From: Macrostomum lignano
Lineage: Eukaryota
Direction: 5' to 3'
Assembly: GCA_002269645.1 (NCBI GenBank)
Contig: NIVC01001860.1
Location: forward strand, 62,001-126,000
Length of the DNA: 64,000 nt
A program made the translations under genes and the position numbers. Under the pieces are notes generated by a model, which was given only the letters and a program-made list of their open reading frames with translations, did no database searches and was not told the DNA's origin. How positions within the stretch are numbered: position 1 is the first letter of the stretch; the number at the start of each line of letters is the position of its first letter. Positions 1 to 13,469 of this stretch are shown one piece after another.

Positions 1-222
1 GGCACACCATGGAAATTTTAGGTTTCGTTTAAAGGTACCGTGTAAATTTTAAATGGCCTTCTAAGAAATGCGTATTTCCTTGGTTGTTAGACTGATGCAG
101 ACTGCAGTGGAGCTGAAGATACCCAAATTCCTTTCAGGGCTGCAAATTTGCAAGAAAAATGACGTGATCAAAGCATGATAACAACCATGAGAGTACTACG
201 TCTCACAAACTGGCTTTCCAAG

Positions 223-995
223 CAGGGATGGGCAGACTTTTACCTCAAAGGCCAGATAAAGAATCCAGCTCATGGCTGAGGGGCAGATGAGAGTGGAAAG
301 AAGAAGGAATAGACGATTCGAAGAGAAGAGAAGCGAAAGAGGGGATAAAAGAAAAGATAAAAGATAATAGGAGAGATGAGGGGGTGATGACGATGAGAGA
401 GAGGGAGAGAAGAGGGGAGAGAGGAAAAGCGAGAGTAGAGAGTAGAGATGAGAGAGCAGAGAGCTGCAGATGAGAGGAGAGAGGAGACAGCAGAGAGGAG
501 AGCAGAGAGGAAACAGGTGAAAGAAGAGATGAGAGAGTACAGGGAAGAGAGAAGAGATAAAGATACATCTCTACATCTCTAAGGTTGTAGAGATGAGAGG
601 TGAAAGGAGAGATGAGAGATGAGAGATAACGGATAGAGGAGAGTGGAGTGAGAGAAGAGAGGGAGACAGAGTATAGAAAAGGGAAGAGAAGAGAAAAGAA
701 GAAAGGAGAAAGGAAAGTGAGGAGTCAAAAGAGGGGAAAGAAAAGAGTACAGAGGAGAGAGGTGAGAGAACATATAAGACAGAGATGCCAGATTAAAGAG
801 GGGGATGAGAGAGCAGAGACGAGAGTGAACAGATAAAAGATGGGAAAGTAGAGAGAACAGAGGAGAGGTTACAGAGACGAGAGGAGAGAGGAGAGACAAA
901 GGTAGAGAAGTGAGTGAGGAGAGGGGAGAGGAAAGGGGAGAATGGAGAGGGAAGAGAGTAGAGAGAGGAGAAGAGATAAGAGAGAAAGACAGAGA

Positions 996-1041
<46 letters not shown>

Positions 1042-1498
1042 AGCAGAGAGAAATGAGAAGAGATAAGAGAGAAAAGATAAAAGAAGAGAAAGGAAAGATG
1101 AGAGAGCAAAGACGAGAGAGAAAAGAGGTGAGGGAAGAGACGAAAGAAGAGGGGAGAGATGAGAGAGTAGAGGAGAGAGTTAAGAGAAGAGAGAAAAGAA
1201 TAGAAAGGAGAAGGAAGATAAGAAAGAAGAGGGGGTGAGAGGAGAGAGGAGAGGGAGAGAGAGGAGAGAGAAAACGAAAAAGTAGAGAGGAGAGAGGAGA
1301 GGAGAGAGAAAAGAAGAGACAAGAGATGAGATAAGAGAGATGAAAGAGAAGAGAGATGAGGGAAGATACGAGAGAAGAGGGGAGAGAGGAGAGACGAGGG
1401 ACGAGAGAGATGAGAGGAAACAAAGAGACGATAGAAATTTTAAAGGATCCAAGGGATGTAGGGAGAGTCAGGGAGAGACCAGAGTTTAGCAATATATG
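223..1498 (+). mobile_element. hAT (Charlie-like) non-autonomous element filled with a GA-rich tract
   Basis: Left end CAGGGATGGGCAGACTTTT..AAAGGCCAGATA resembles Charlie/MER58-type termini. About 1.2 kb of purine tract follows. The degenerate right end (AAAGGATCC..CCAGAGTTTAGCAATATATG) resembles the end at 32330-32394. Flanks TTTCCAAG / TTTTAGAG match only 5/8. Confidence 0.55.
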
Positions 1499-2438
1499 TT
1501 TTAGAGTCAGACAGACATTGCCTGACATTCTGCGCAGTACCCCAGCCAACAATGTCTCAAACCCTAATTTTACACGAATGTGCTCCATTTTATGTCTACC
1601 TCTATCCTACTAACTATTAACAGTTTTTGTTTGTGTATGGCCTTAGATTTCAGAATACATGCAAAAGTAGTTCCGGGTATTGGAATTCCCCGGGTTCAAA
1701 ATCCGCGGGTTTCAACAGCTTGTTTTCTATATTTATAGGCTTTGATATTTTGGTGAATAGGGGCCTATGTGTTTCTATTAATGATTGCTATTTAGTTAAT
1801 TGTTTATTTATAATATTTAAAAAAAATTAGAATAAAAATGAAGCAATCCTATTACAAAAATAGTATACATAAAAATATAAATATAAGCATTCTGCAGAGT
1901 TAAAAGTTGGACAATAAAAAGTAGAATTTTAACAAAGCTAAAAAATTCTATAAATTAACAATTAAAAGTCTTATAAATATAACAATCTTATACCATAAGT
2001 GATTTTCTATAAAATATCTTTTTTTGTTTTTTTTTATTATGCTTTTTAACCATATTATAAACCAAAAAGCTAAATATCTAGTTTTTCAATTAAACATATC
2101 TAGTTGCCATTTTGGTTTAAATGCACTAAGCTACTTTTATTAACTGCATCATGCTAGAATAGAGGAATTATTTGGCAGGCTTACAATAGACAAGCCATAG
2201 CTATACCTCTTTACCTTGCCATGCCATCCCCCATTGTTGTGTTATACCTATCTATGCTGTTGCAATGCACTTGTCCATGCCATGCCACATTGCCAACAAG
2301 CTGATCAATGCTGCAAACCATTCCCAAAATGCCTATGCATTACAATTTGGCATTGGGGACCTTGTCCTTGTATATATCCCAGAATTGGTAGTTCATTACC
2401 TAACGGATTTAATTTTTAGACTAGTAATCCATCCACTA

Positions 2439-3803
2439 GATCCTCAGTTGCTAATCCACCCCCAGATCCTCAGTTGCTAATCCACCCCCAGATCCTCAGT
2501 TGCTAATCCACCCCCAGATCCTCAGTTGCTAATCCACCCCAGATCCTCAGTTGCTAATCCACCCCAGATCCTCAGTTGCTAATCCACCCCCAGATCCACA
2601 GTTGCTAATCCACCTCCAGATCCTCAGTTGCTAATCCACCCCCAGATCCTCAGTTGCTAATCCACCCCCAGATCCTCAGTTGCTAATCCACCCCCAGATC
2701 ATCAGTTGCTAATCCACCCCCAGATCCTCAGTTGCTAATCCACCCCCAGATCCTCAGTTGCTAATCCACCCCCAGATCCACAGTTGCTAATCCACCCCCA
2801 GATCCACAGTTGCTAATCCACCTCCAGATCCTCAGTTGCTAATCCACCTCCAGATCCTCAGTTGCTAATCCACCCCCAGATCCTCAGTTGCTAATCCACC
2901 CCCAGATCCTCAGTTGCTAATCCACCCCCAGATCCACAGTTGCTAATCCACCTCCAGATCCTCATTTGCTAATCCACCCCCAGATCCTCAGTTGCTAATC
3001 CACCTCCAGATCCTCAGTTGCTAATCCACCCCCAGATCCTCAGTTGCTAATCCACCTCCAGATCCTCAGTTGCTAATCCACCCCCAGATCCTCAGTTGCT
3101 AATCCACCCCCAGATCCTCAGTTGCTAATCCACCCCCAGATCCTCAGTTGCTAATCCACCCCCAGATCCTCAGTTGCTAATCCACCCCTCAGATCCTCAG
3201 TTGCTAATCCACCCCCAGATCCTCAGTTGCTAATCCACCCCCAGATCCTCAGTTGCTAATCCACCCCCAGATCCTCAGTTGCTAATCCACCTCCAGATCC
3301 TCAGTTGCTAATCCACCTCCAGATCCTCAGTTGCTAATCCACCCCCAGATCCTCAGTTGCTAATCCACCCCCAGATCCTCAGTTGCTAATCCACCCCCAG
3401 ATCCACAGTTGCTAATCCACCTCCAGATCCTCATTTGCTAATCCACCCCCAGATCCTCAGTTGCTAATCCACCTCCAGATCCTCAGTTGCTAATCCACCC
3501 CCAGATCCTCAGTTGCTAATCCACCTCCAGATCCTCAGTTGCTAATCCACCCCCAGATCCTCAGTTGCTAATCCACCCCCAGATCCTCAGTTGCTAATCC
3601 ACCCCCAGATCCTCAGTTGCTAATCCACCCCCAGATCCTCAGTTGCTAATCCACCCCTCAGATCCTCAGTTGCTAATCCACCCCCAGATCCTCAGTTGCT
3701 AATCCACCCCCAGATCCTCAGTTGCTAATCCACCCCCAGATCCTCAGTTGCTAATCCACCTCCAGATCCTCAGTTGCTAATCCACCCCCAGATCCTCAGT
3801 TGC
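2439..3803. repeat. 26-bp minisatellite (GATCCTCAGTTGCTAATCCACCCCCA)n, about 52 copies
   Basis: Tandem units read directly; period 26. Confidence 0.97.
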
Positions 3804-3956
3804 AAGGCCACTGCCACCTTCCTCGGTGTCTAGGCCAGCCTTCCAGATCCCCAGTGTACTCGTGGAAAATTAAAGCACCTGAATTTGAAACAAACAGCGC
3901 CAACAAACTCGCAAACCGAATGTTCTGATTGCAGAGCGTGCAGTCCCAGCTGAGCC

Positions 3957-4373
3957 ATGTCCAAGCGAAGCACCTCCCGGTCCACTAAGTTTCGCGTGTC
4001 TCTCGGCCTGCCAGTTGGCGCCGCTATTAACTGCGCCGACAACAGCGGCGCCAAGGTGCTGAACCTGTTCGCCGTCACGGGCATCCGCGGCCGATTGAAC
4101 CGCCTACCAGCTGCCGGTGTCGGCGACCTGATCGTCTGCAGCGTGCGCAAAGGCAAGGCCGACCTGCGCAAGAAGGTCATCCTGGCCGTTATCATCCGGC
4201 AACGGAAGTCCATCCGGCGAAAGAACGGCGATATTCTGTACTTTGAAGACAATGCCGGGGTAATCGTGAATAACAAAGGCGAGATGAAGGGCTCAGCTGT
4301 CACCGGCCCGGTTGCTAAGGAGGCCGCAGAACTGTGGCCGAAGATTGCGTCCAGCTGCACTTCTATCAAGTAA
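3957..4373 (+). CDS. RPL23: 60S ribosomal protein L23 (uL14), intronless and divergent
   Basis: 138-aa ORF with [24 protein letters not shown] and [20 protein letters not shown] motifs typical of eukaryotic uL14; no intron. Confidence 0.95.
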   Translation: MSKRSTSRSTKFRVSLGLPVGAAINCADNSGAKVLNLFAVTGIRGRLNRLPAAGVGDLIVCSVRKGKADLRKKVILAVIIRQRKSIRRKNGDILYFEDNAGVIVNNKGEMKGSAVTGPVAKEAAELWPKIASSCTSIK

Positions 4374-4728
4374 TTATCTTGCTCGGCGCTAACTTTGTTT
4401 ACTGGCTTGTTGTGGTAACGATTGAGACCAATAATTATAAGTCGCTGTTCATTGGTCTTTGTGGATGAACTGTTCAACCAACTAAATTACGTCTTGGATT
4501 AAGAAAACTTTATCTGCATTTTACTTTGTCTTTGTTGCTTATTTCGGCTTTGATTGAAAGGGCGATATCATATACATAGCTAATTCTCTACTCTCAGTTC
4601 AGTAGCAGAAAAACATGTGCAAGCTTTTTTCTGAAAAAAAAACAGTTTGCTTGACTTGCAGACGTAAAAAACTGGCTATTGGTGCAGAGGTTATGTACGT
4701 TTAGCCTGCGCCGCTGAAATGTGCATAG

Positions 4729-5505
4729 CAGGAGGCGGCTTTAGGCTGAAAGGTAATAAAATTGGGCGGGGGCTAGAGATCCCTTCTCTCCTCTCCCTTC
4801 TCTCCTCTTCTCTCCTCTCCCTTCTCTCCTCTCCTCTCCTCTCCTCTCCTCTCCCTCCTCTCCCTTCTCTCCTCTCCTCTCCTCTCCTTTCTCTCCTCTT
4901 CTCTCCCCTCCCTTCTCTCTCCTCTCCCTTCTCTCCTCTCCTCTCCTCTCCTTTCTCTCCTCTTCTCTCCTCTCCCTTCTCTCCCCTCCCTTCTCTCTCC
5001 TCTCCCTTCTCTCCTCTCCTCTCCTTTCCCTCCTCTCCCTTCTCTCCTCTTCTCTCCCTTCTCTCCTCTCCTTCCTCTCCTCTCCCATCTCTCTTCTCCT
5101 CTTCTCTTCTTTCTCTCCTCTCCTCTCCTCTCCTTTCCCTCCTCTCCCTTCTCTCTTATCTCCCTTCTCTCCTCTTCTCTCCCTTCTCTCCTCTTCTCTC
5201 CCTTCTCTCCTCTTCTCTCCCTTCTCTCCTCTTCTCTCCCTTCTCTCTTCTCCTCTCCTCTCCTCTCCTCTCGCTTCTCTCCTCTCCTCTCCTCTCGCTT
5301 CTCTCCTCTCCTCTCGCTTCTCTCCTCTCCTCTCGTCTCCTATATTTCATCTCTCTTCTTCTATCTCCTTTATTCCCTCGCCTCTCCTTTCTCCAATTTC
5401 CCCGCTCTCTTCTCTATTACTTCTCATCTTTGCCCTCCTTTGACCTGCAGTCATGTGCTAGGTTTTGTATATGGCCTTTAAGGGACAAAAGTTCGGCGAC
5501 CCCTG
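4729..5505 (-). mobile_element. hAT-like MITE, possibly chimeric, with TC-rich (GA on minus strand) tract
   Basis: Minus-strand end CAGGGGTCGCCGAACTTTTG..AAAGGCCATATA resembles 223-290 over about 65 bp. The other end CAGGAGGCGGCTTTAGG is a different hAT-like terminus. No matching TSD. Confidence 0.45.
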
Positions 5506-5884
5506 ACCTAGACTGATTTTAGGATGAAAAATAATAATGCCGAAAATTTAGTTTAAGATCAGCAGCTAGTAAACATGACAGAATTTATTCCTGCTACTCT
5601 ACTTGAAGTAGGCTGAAGCGAATTTTTTTCATTACTTGAATTCGTTGAATTGATTGATTTGAGTTTCGATTCGCCACTTTGTTTCTGAACAGTAGTCACA
5701 GTAGATAGCAAGATAAGGCACATCCACTAGACTATACTAAAATCTTTCAATTTATTAATATGACCTTTCAAACATAATCTTTCAATTGCGCTTCTCCAAA
5801 CACTAAATGAAAGAGATAACTAAGCTCGACGAATGACGGGAGCTCATGAATGGCATCCACCTACCTATCTAACAGACATGGGTA

Positions 5885-6625
5885 GGGACGCCCAACAAGA
5901 GACTGGTTTCCCACCAAAAGACAGGGGTTTCCCAATAAAAGACAGGGGTTTCCCACCAAGAGACGGGACGCCCACCAAGAGACAGGTCAGGGACGCCCAC
6001 CAAGAGACAGGTCAGGGACGCCCACCAAGAGACAGGTCAGGGGACGCCCACCAAGAGACAGGTCAGGGACGCCCACCAAGAGACAGGTAAGGGGACGCCC
6101 ACCAAGAGACAGGTCAGGGGACGCCCACCAAGAGACAGGTCAGGGACGCCCACTAAGAGACAGGTAAGGGGACGCCCACCAAGAGACAGGTCAGGGACGC
6201 CCACCAAGAGACAGGTAAGGGGACGCCCACCAAGAGACAGGTCAGGGGACGCCCACCAAGAGACAGGTCAGGGGACGCCCACCAAGAGACAGGTCAGGGA
6301 CGCCCACCAAGAGACAGGTCAGGGACGCCCACCAAGAGACAGGTCAGGGACGCCCACCAAGAGACAGGTCAGGGACGCCCACCAAGAGACAGGTCAGGGA
6401 CGCCCACCAAGAGACAGGTCAGGGACGCCCACCAAGAGACAGGTCAGGGACGCCCACCAAGAGACAGGTCAGGGGACGCCCAATGAAACTGCAGCAATAA
6501 GAGACAGTGGTCGCCCACCAAGAGACAGGGGATGTCCAATAAAAGACGGACACCCACCAAGAAACAGGGGATGTCCAATAAGAGACAGGGGACGCCCACC
6601 AAGAGACAGGGACGCCCACCAAGAG
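5885..6625. repeat. 26-27-bp minisatellite (GACGCCCACCAAGAGACAGGTCAGGG)n
   Basis: Tandem units read directly, with degenerate edges. Confidence 0.95.
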
Positions 6626-7399
6626 CCCTTCGCCTTTGGGGTGCCAGAAACAGCCTCCAATGTCGCTAACGCCCTTCGCCAAAGTCGTTCTCTCTGCATA
6701 ACCATATTAACTCAATCAGGATTCGGACATGCTAATTTCCACAGTCCTTCTTTGGATTGTCAAGTCCGAATATATTTTTTGCCTCATCAATTATGAATCG
6801 AGTCGCGATCCCTGCGCCGTGGCTGGCGCACAGTCCCTGGGATTATTTTTTTGCGTTAATTGGGCTCGACGGAGTCCGGAGTTCGAGTCGGGGCGGCTGC
6901 TTTTGTGCGATACTCCCTGAGCACTGGCGGTTTATCTTTAATGAAGCGTGCTTCGCCGCATAGGGGATATCTTATGCGCGACCTGTACAGAATGCTGGAG
7001 CTTCATCAACTCCTGTATAGGTTTAGTCGCGTTGCCAAGGCCAATCAAGCAGCATTATTCATGGCCGAACTGGCTGACCTACGGAGTCTCTCCGGATTAA
7101 CTGATGCATTTTCTTGATTCCGTTCTCCTGGCCTCTCCTGCAGATGAGTCTAGACTCAAATGCAATTACAATTGGCTAGAAGATAAATTCAGCTTTGCAA
7201 TAAACCTGTACAGTGAATTTCTGCGACTGGAAAGTACATACTGAGCTATCATACTTGCGAGCTCCTATGGACTCCTGGTTCCGTTTAACTTCCGCTAGTA
7301 GCCTGTCATTATTTACAAGAACTGCAGTGCAATGGACACGTGCAAGCCCTTATCTAAGTCTCCACCTGTCTTTACTTTGGGCCTATCGACTCATGGAAC

Positions 7400-7672
7400 C
7401 TGCTTGTGTAATAAGGTTAAAAACTCAGCCAGTCGGGTCACATGGTTTGAGTTGAATATCGAGCTATCTTTGGGTTCATATCCAGCAGTCAACAATGCTT
7501 GCGCTAATGGTGTTGCTTTTTTCCAGCACAGAGTCGTTCTTATTTTTATCTTCTCTACAGGTATTTCTAAACAATCCGTCTTGCTATTTGCTCTAGGCCT
7601 CTGGAATAATTTAATGGGGGTGGGGGCAGCTCTGGCTCCCACTCACCGCCTGGACAAGCTTTTTACTTGGTG
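7400..7672 (-). CDS. Possible internal exons (7672-7647, 7600-7400) of an unidentified gene
   Basis: Acceptor TTTCAG, 26-nt exon, donor GTGAGT, 46-nt intron, then a 201-nt open phase-0 exon. No recognisable domain. Confidence 0.25.
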
Positions 7673-7747
7673 CTGAAATTGCGAAACGTTATTAAGAACT
7701 ACCAGTGTATGCGCATGTATTCTAGTGACCAGCTGTTGCTTGTGATC

Positions 7748-8330
7748 AAAATCTTGCTGATTGTAAGCATGGCGCTTCAAATCTTGCTGATTGTAAGCAT
7801 GGCGCTTCAAAATCTTGCTGATTGTAAGCATGGCGCTTCAAAATCTTGCTGATTGTAAGCATGGTGCTTCAAAATCTTGCTGATTGTAAGCATGGCGCTT
7901 CAAAATCTTGCTGATTGTAAGCCTGACGCTTCAAAATCTTACTGATTGTAAGCATGACGCTTCAAAATCTTGCTGATTGTAAGCATGGCGCTTCAAAATC
8001 TTGCTGATTGTAAGCATGGTGCTTCAAAATCTTGCTGATTGTAAGCATGGCGCTTCAAATCTTGCTGATTGTAAGCATGGTGCTTCAAAATCTTGCTGAT
8101 TGTAAGCATGGCGCTTCAAAATCTTGCTGATTGTAAGCATGGCGCTTCAAAATCTTGCTGATTGTAAGCATGGCGCTTCAAAATCTTGCTGATTGTAAGC
8201 ATGGCGCTTCAAAATCTTGCTGATTGTAAGCATGGCGCTTCAAAATTTTGCGCACTGTAAGTCTGACACTTCAAAATGTCGCTAACTGTAGGCATGACGC
8301 TTCAAAATCTTGTTCATTTTAAGCATGACA
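7748..8330. repeat. 31-bp minisatellite (AAAATCTTGCTGATTGTAAGCATGGCGCTTC)n
   Basis: About 18 tandem units, degenerating at the right end. Confidence 0.95.
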
Positions 8331-9704
8331 CTTCAAAACCTATTTCACTATAATTATCATGACACCACAAAATCCCTCTCCAGACTAGCCTGAAGTTTCA
8401 GAGTCTCCCTATCCGCTTAAGCCTGCTCTTATCAGAGGCCGAAGCATGACTGCTGTAATAAGCAAGTTGCATCGCGTGCACGGATCAGGCGGATGATTGT
8501 GTATAATATTATTTGTTGCTCCAAAGCCACTGGATGAAATCGAATCTATGTGACTCAGCTGTCTGTAACTAACTACAGATATATTTCGTTAGAACCGTTT
8601 CATTATTTCCGTTGCCCCGCGCAGTTGCAAGGAGTCACCATCAAAACAACGACCTGCTCTGTAATTAACAAGAAGCTTGCAGAGTTGTGCACAATGAATT
8701 ATATATATATTTTTAGTGACGGTTGCTTCCACATGAGATTTTTTCCATTATTAAAAAGTCTTTAACATTGATGATAAGCTGTTTATGAGCGCGAGTCAAA
8801 GAAAACAATACATTTACACGCACATGCCCGCACCGAACAGCTAGAGACAAAGGTTGCTAAGACGATATTCCTTAGGTTGCTGGCCTCCTCAAATCAATGA
8901 AATGTATAGATTTCTTACACTACTAATAAAGAGTCTCACTGTCAGATTTGGTCGAAAAAGTCTCCTCAATCAGCGGGCCAAATCGAATATTCATCAGCTC
9001 TTGTATTGATTTTATCTGTCGCTGAGGAGGCGTGAGCAACGCGAAGGCCGCACATTGCTTAGAAACTGTTAATTGTAACTCGGCTTGCTCGTGTGCCAGA
9101 CTGGGTTAGCTGTGAAAGCGAGATTAAGTCCTTGGCGCCGGCCTGAAAAGGAAGTAACGGAGAGCTGGGAAATGAGGTGCAGTTCAGATCGGGTTTCAAG
9201 AGCAGTTGAAACCTCATCGCGGCTTCAGCTCTCCATCAAATCTTGTAGAGGCAGCTTGGCGATTGTCAATTTCTCTCTGGCTCAGTGCCATATGCCTAAT
9301 GTGAAACTTCAGCCACCTGTGTGTAAAAATAATAGTACGCGAAGACAGTCAACAAAATCTCTGCTCGCTGGACCGCTTCGAAATCAATTAGAGACAATTT
9401 TCGTTGACGCCTCATAGGATGCACACGCGTAGTTGAAAGCCTAACAAACCAACCGAGGCAGGATTTCCAAGTGCACCAGCACTGACCAGACAGAGCTGTG
9501 TTTTCAGCAGGGAATCCGCCAATCTTTCATTGCTATACATGGAATTCCGACTGTTAAAAAGACGGCTCAGAAACAATCCCATTCCTGACACTGTCGCCGT
9601 CACAGGGGATTAAATTCAAGGATATAGAACAGGCTGTCATTTATACTGACGCACCTTACGAGATTCATAATTCAGCTATATCGAAAGGAATTTTATGGCC
9701 ACGG

Positions 9705-11204
9705 CTACCACTGCACCGAATGCAGCATCGGTGTGGAGCTGCTGCACGCGTAGATAGGCGACGGCGGTCGCTGCTGGGCGGCCTCTTCAGCTCCGGCCGC
9801 CGACGCCAGGCGCAGCGGACCGGCCGCTGTCAGGGACGCCGCTCTTTGGCCGCGACGAACGAACGAATCAGCTTTGAGCATCTGCCCGTGACGCGCCTGA
9901 CGTTCCCGACGGCGTCGGCTGCCACCGAACGTGTGCAATGGTCGGTTGTTGTTGAGGCGATTCGTTGACGTCGTCAGGGTGGCCGCAGCAGCGGCTGCGA
10001 CTAGCGGAACGCCGGCCGCCGCGGCGGCAGCCTGCCGACTCCTGCGCTGGCAACCCAGCAGGCGGATGAAGGCGCGTCGAAAGTCGCGCATCGAGTGGGC
10101 GTAGATCGCCGGGTTGATGCAGCTGTTGGCGTAGCCCAGCCAGGTGGCCACCTGGCCAAAGGCTCGGCCGCCTCTGCCCAGGGCCTCTGGGGCCACCGCG
10201 ACAGCCACGTTGCAGACGAAGAACGGCAGCCAGCAGGCGATGAAGACGCCCATCACGACGCCGAGCGTTTTGGCGGCCCGCTGCTCGCGAGAGAATCTGG
10301 CCAGCTTCCTGCGCAGTCCCAGGCTGCTGTGCTGCTCCTTGGCCGCCGCTGCCGCTGCAGTAGCCGCCTCGGTCGGGGTCAACTCCCTGCGGCCGCGGTG
10401 GATGCGCAGGACGATGGCGGAGGCGCGCCTGCCGCCATTGGCGCCGTCCCCACCTCCACCGTTGGCGCCAGGGCAGCCGCTTTTCAGGACGACCTTCGCT
10501 CCGGTGTGCCAGCCGCGCACGAGCTGCGTAGCTGTGCGGTAGATCTTGCAGTAGACGAACACCATCACCAACAGGGGCGCATAGAAGGACACGACGCTGG
10601 AGCAGATCAGGTAGACCGGGTCGCTGGTGAAGCGGCATTCGTAGGCCTCCCCTGGGGCTGTCGCCTCCGCAGTCGCCCGCCACCAGTAGATTGCCGGAAA
10701 ACTGATGAAGCTGGCCAGAATCCAGGCGGCCGAGACCAGCATCAGGCAGCGCCGGCGGGTCAGCCGGCTGGGATAGCTGATGGGATTCTCCACGGCCCAG
10801 TAGCGCTCCATGGCGATGATGCAGAGGTTGAGGATGCTGGCCGTAGTGCTCAGCACGTCGAACGCGTGCCAGAGGTCGCACCAGACCGGGCCGAAGAGCC
10901 ACCGGTCGCTGGTTGCGTAGGAGACGGCCGAGAAGGGCACGACAACGAGGCCCATAAGCAGGTCGGCTGTCGCCAGCGACACGATGAAATAATTGGTGAT
11001 GGTGCGCAGGTGATGGTCGCGCAGCACGGCCAGGATGACCAGCGAGTTTCCGAATATCGTCAGGCAGGCCAGCAGCGCCAGCAGGCTGGCAATCAGCGCC
11101 TGAGCTGGGCTGATCTGCAACCCGCTTAGCAGCTGCGCGTCTAAGTCGGTCCAATTCTGCGTCTGATTGTTGAAGCCTTTGATAAACCTGGCCTGCAGCG
11201 GCAT
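9705..11204 (-). CDS. Aminergic class A GPCR, invertebrate-type dopamine receptor (Dop1R2/DAMB-like)
   Basis: 499 aa, 7 hydrophobic segments. TM3 Asp (CDLWHAFDV), ERY in place of DRY, FPAIYWWRA, TM5 serines (CSSVVSFY), LRIHRG in ICL3, REQRAAKTLG, CWLPFF and NPAIY. Intronless, ATG context GACGCC. Confidence 0.9.
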   Translation of the reverse strand: MPLQARFIKGFNNQTQNWTDLDAQLLSGLQISPAQALIASLLALLACLTIFGNSLVILAVLRDHHLRTITNYFIVSLATADLLMGLVVVPFSAVSYATSDRWLFGPVWCDLWHAFDVLSTTASILNLCIIAMERYWAVENPISYPSRLTRRRCLMLVSAAWILASFISFPAIYWWRATAEATAPGEAYECRFTSDPVYLICSSVVSFYAPLLVMVFVYCKIYRTATQLVRGWHTGAKVVLKSGCPGANGGGGDGANGGRRASAIVLRIHRGRRELTPTEAATAAAAAAKEQHSSLGLRRKLARFSREQRAAKTLGVVMGVFIACWLPFFVCNVAVAVAPEALGRGGRAFGQVATWLGYANSCINPAIYAHSMRDFRRAFIRLLGCQRRSRQAAAAAAGVPLVAAAAAATLTTSTNRLNNNRPLHTFGGSRRRRERQARHGQMLKADSFVRRGQRAASLTAAGPLRLASAAGAEEAAQQRPPSPIYACSSSTPMLHSVQW

Positions 11205-11682
11205 GGCGTCGATGAGCTGCAGTTGCTGTGTCAGTCAGGGAGAGCTGAGTGCAAACGGCAATTGGAAACCTGCCACAACAGCTCCAGCTAATAAATGCAA
11301 TGAGAAGAGGCAGCGCCCAACTTGTCTGCACGAGGAGGGGCGACTCTCAGCCAATCCGGTTTAAGCTGCCATGGATAAAGTCAGACATTGCTACACAGCC
11401 GCAACAGACCGAATGGGTTTTGCCGATGTAATTGGAGCACTAATCAATGCTTCCATTATGCCGCATTAACCAGTGAGCTCTTGTTTTTTGCTCGCCGTAA
11501 CTCTTGGAATGCTATTTATAGCTTGGCTACTTCAGCTTGCCATTCGCTACTTCAGTAGCCGTTACAGTAACTATCGCAGGCGCCTTGAGAAACTCTTGAG
11601 CCTACTCCATCTCGAGCTGCACTCTCTCTGACAGGGGTAACTTGGCTAAGTGCTTTAACTATACACTGTGGATATAGTGACT

Positions 11683-12558
<876 letters not shown>

Positions 12559-13469
12559 ACTATACCGGTCAGTGGACACGCGCATAGTGAAGACGGTCGA
12601 GCCTGTTCTGGATTTACCTGAAAACTAAGCCACTTCCCTACGCTGGAAGACACGCAGGTGCAGTAACGGCAAATTCTGATTAGACTAATTTGCATATCGA
12701 ATAAACATTCCGGCTAAATCATAAAGCAAATGCAGTATAAAATGCAGATTTGCACTACTGTGCAGCTCTTTACCTGAATATTTGTCATGTGTTAAGCCTT
12801 TCATATCTGGCTTTCACATAGTTGTATATTTGGCTTTTTGCAATACTGGATAATTTCCAAGTTCCGAGTCTGTCGAATGGGTATTATTGTGAGGCCATGC
12901 ATGTATTACAGACCCTTACTGTTAAGAGCTGAGGAAAACAGAGCCTGAAAACCTGCTGCCATGTTGATGTCAATCATCTCAGCTCACACGGCTAGAAGGG
13001 TTTCAGAAGTATTCGGTAAACACAAAAACGGTATCCCATCGCTTGAGTAATTTGCGTGTGAAGTCCTTCAAACTGTCATTGGCTTGTTGTACGTCAGCTG
13101 TTCCGTGTAGTGCTAAACCTGTAAACATGAATGTACGGTACATGCACCATGTGTTACAGTATCTCTGGAGGTGGTTGCCTAAAATAACACCAGACCTATA
13201 GCGTCGCACAGCATCCCCTGAACACGTCAGAATAGTTCGAGTTCCTGACTGAGTTCTGACGTCCCGGAAATTGATAACCAAATGGGTTGCTCGCGATTAA
13301 TTAAAATCGCTTCCTTTCTACGGATGCACTGTGCGTGATTGGGACAAATGTGTGATGCCCGCCTGTCCTAGCAGTTTTTTTTGCTGTTTTATTCTGAAGT
13401 CTGCTGCTTTGGTCTGAATTCTAAATCAGTTGTCATCTTCATTGATGAGAGTACAATGTTTTCCCGATG

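Noticed and set aside
245-1613. Leu/Ser-rich and Arg/Glu-rich ORFs (also 4719-5516, 31920-32372, 63674-63991)
   Set aside because: Artefacts of GA/TC low-complexity tracts.
223-5505. Pack-hAT element that captured RPL23 (inverted TIR + GA/TC arms flanking the gene)
   Set aside because: Flanks TTTCCAAG and ACCTAGAC are not a TSD, and the left copy has its own right end at about 1498; two independent insertions fit better.
9868-11331. 487-aa minus-strand and 344-aa plus-strand ORFs overlapping the GPCR
   Set aside because: Shadow ORFs of GC-rich coding sequence, with no motifs.
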